Virus record (IMG/VR): IMGVR_UViG_3300032038_000044
Location: 1-64,000 of that record
Reading direction: 5' to 3' (one strand)
Length of the DNA: 64,000 nt
From: a virus
Taxonomy: Duplodnaviria; Caudoviricetes
Below are positions 63,073 to 64,000 of this stretch, one piece after another (position 1 is the stretch's first letter; each line of letters opens with the position of its first letter). Below the pieces are notes generated by a model. It was given only the letters and a program-made list of their open reading frames with translations, had not been told where the DNA came from and did not search any database. The translations under genes and the position numbers were made by a program.

Positions 63073-64000
63073 ATGAAGTTTGGTTCAAGAGAGATTTGCG
63101 ACGTAACTTTTAAAGCTACTGCAAATGGACAGAAAATTGGTACAAAGACTTTCAAAGCAGGTCAGCCTTGCTTCGGTATTGATACAGGTAGAACTTCAAG
63201 CTTAGAGCAGGGTACAACAACTGTATATGCTCAGGGTGGTAAGGGTTATACAAGACTTATCGCTTGGGAAGGTGAGAAAACAATGACATTCACAATCGAG
63301 GATGCTCTTATCTCTCCTATGGGTCTTGCAGTTCTTTCAGGTGCTGGTCTTATTAAGAACGGTGGTAAGGCAGGTCACACACACGCTCACATTACAACTA
63401 CAGCTAACGTAGATGCTAATGGTGTTGCTAAGGTTGACTTATCTGCACTTCAGGACGAGACAGGTCTTACAGAGAAGACACAGCAGGGTTCAATCGTTGC
63501 TAAGACTTCTTTCAATGTATGTAAGACAACAGACGTTCCAGCTTACGCTACTGTACTTGACGGTTCAGGTGCTGGTATCGACTTTGTAGATAACATTACT
63601 ATCACAGGTCAGACATCAGAAGAGTTTGCAGACGCTATTCTTGTTGATGCAAACCACGATGCAACATTCACACTTGCTAACAATGAAGATTATGAAGGAA
63701 CTGGTAAGCAGTTTGCTAACAAGACAGTTCAGTTAGACTTCTATGTAATCTTAACTCAGGGTGTTACTGAGATTGAAATTAAGCCAGGTGACTTCGGTGG
63801 ATTCTTCTATATCGAGGCTTCAACTCTATTCCGTAGAGAAGATACAGGTCTTGACATGGCTGCTGAAATCATAATTCCAAAGGCTAAGGTTCAGTCTGGA
63901 TTCACATTCAGCATGGCTGCAACTGGTGACCCATCAACATTCACATTCACACTTGACTGCTTCCCAGGCTATACACAGTTTGATAAGACAGTAAAGAGAA
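63073..64000 (+). CDS. Major tail (tube) protein, truncated by the window end (not in ORF track)
   Basis: SD GAGGAGG; MKFGSREICDVTFK...AQGGKG...LIAWEGEKTMTFTIEDAL; open to the edge. Confidence 0.8.
   Translation, partial: MKFGSREICDVTFKATANGQKIGTKTFKAGQPCFGIDTGRTSSLEQGTTTVYAQGGKGYTRLIAWEGEKTMTFTIEDALISPMGLAVLSGAGLIKNGGKAGHTHAHITTTANVDANGVAKVDLSALQDETGLTEKTQQGSIVAKTSFNVCKTTDVPAYATVLDGSGAGIDFVDNITITGQTSEEFADAILVDANHDATFTLANNEDYEGTGKQFANKTVQLDFYVILTQGVTEIEIKPGDFGGFFYIEASTLFRREDTGLDMAAEIIIPKAKVQSGFTFSMAATGDPSTFTFTLDCFPGYTQFDKTVKR

Noticed and set aside
49867-64000. Stop-codon reassignment or introns in the structural genes
   Set aside because: Long genes read through intact in the standard code, with TAA, TAG and TGA all used as stops

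Overview
A 64-kb segment of a large, AT-rich tailed phage genome, probably infecting a gut Firmicute/Clostridia-like host (inferred from canonical TTGACA-17-TATAAT promoters and SD motifs). Standard genetic code; no sign of recoding. Layout: (1) 1-7.7 kb, minus strand: an RNA-gene island with about 1.55 kb of ORF-free structured sequence (one or two ROOL/GOLLD-class-like giant ncRNAs), 29 tRNA or tRNA-like genes and several small structured RNAs. Two tRNAs (Asp-GUC, Pro-UGG) are split in the anticodon loop by inserts almost entirely filled by PD-(D/E)XK endonuclease ORFs, with base-paired termini and no room for a group I ribozyme core. (2) 7.7-29.7 kb, minus strand: accessory genes including two ATP-dependent RNA ligases, a Thg1-like protein, a metallophosphoesterase, YqeY, a nicotinamidase and many small paralogues. 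(3) 29.7-31.9 kb: a non-coding, repeat-rich putative origin next to a lone plus-strand HTH gene. (4) 31.9-49.3 kb, minus strand: an early/host-takeover-like region whose genes are separated by about 12 copies of a cassette (TGCACAA-N26-TTGTGCA palindrome, antisense sigma70 promoter, covarying GC hairpin). (5) 49.8-64 kb, plus strand: packaging, head and head-tail module (terminase, portal, protease/scaffold, capsid, adaptors, start of a major tail protein). All calls come from reading the sequence by eye and recognising motifs; no searches were run, and tRNA/ncRNA ends may be off by 1-3 nt.
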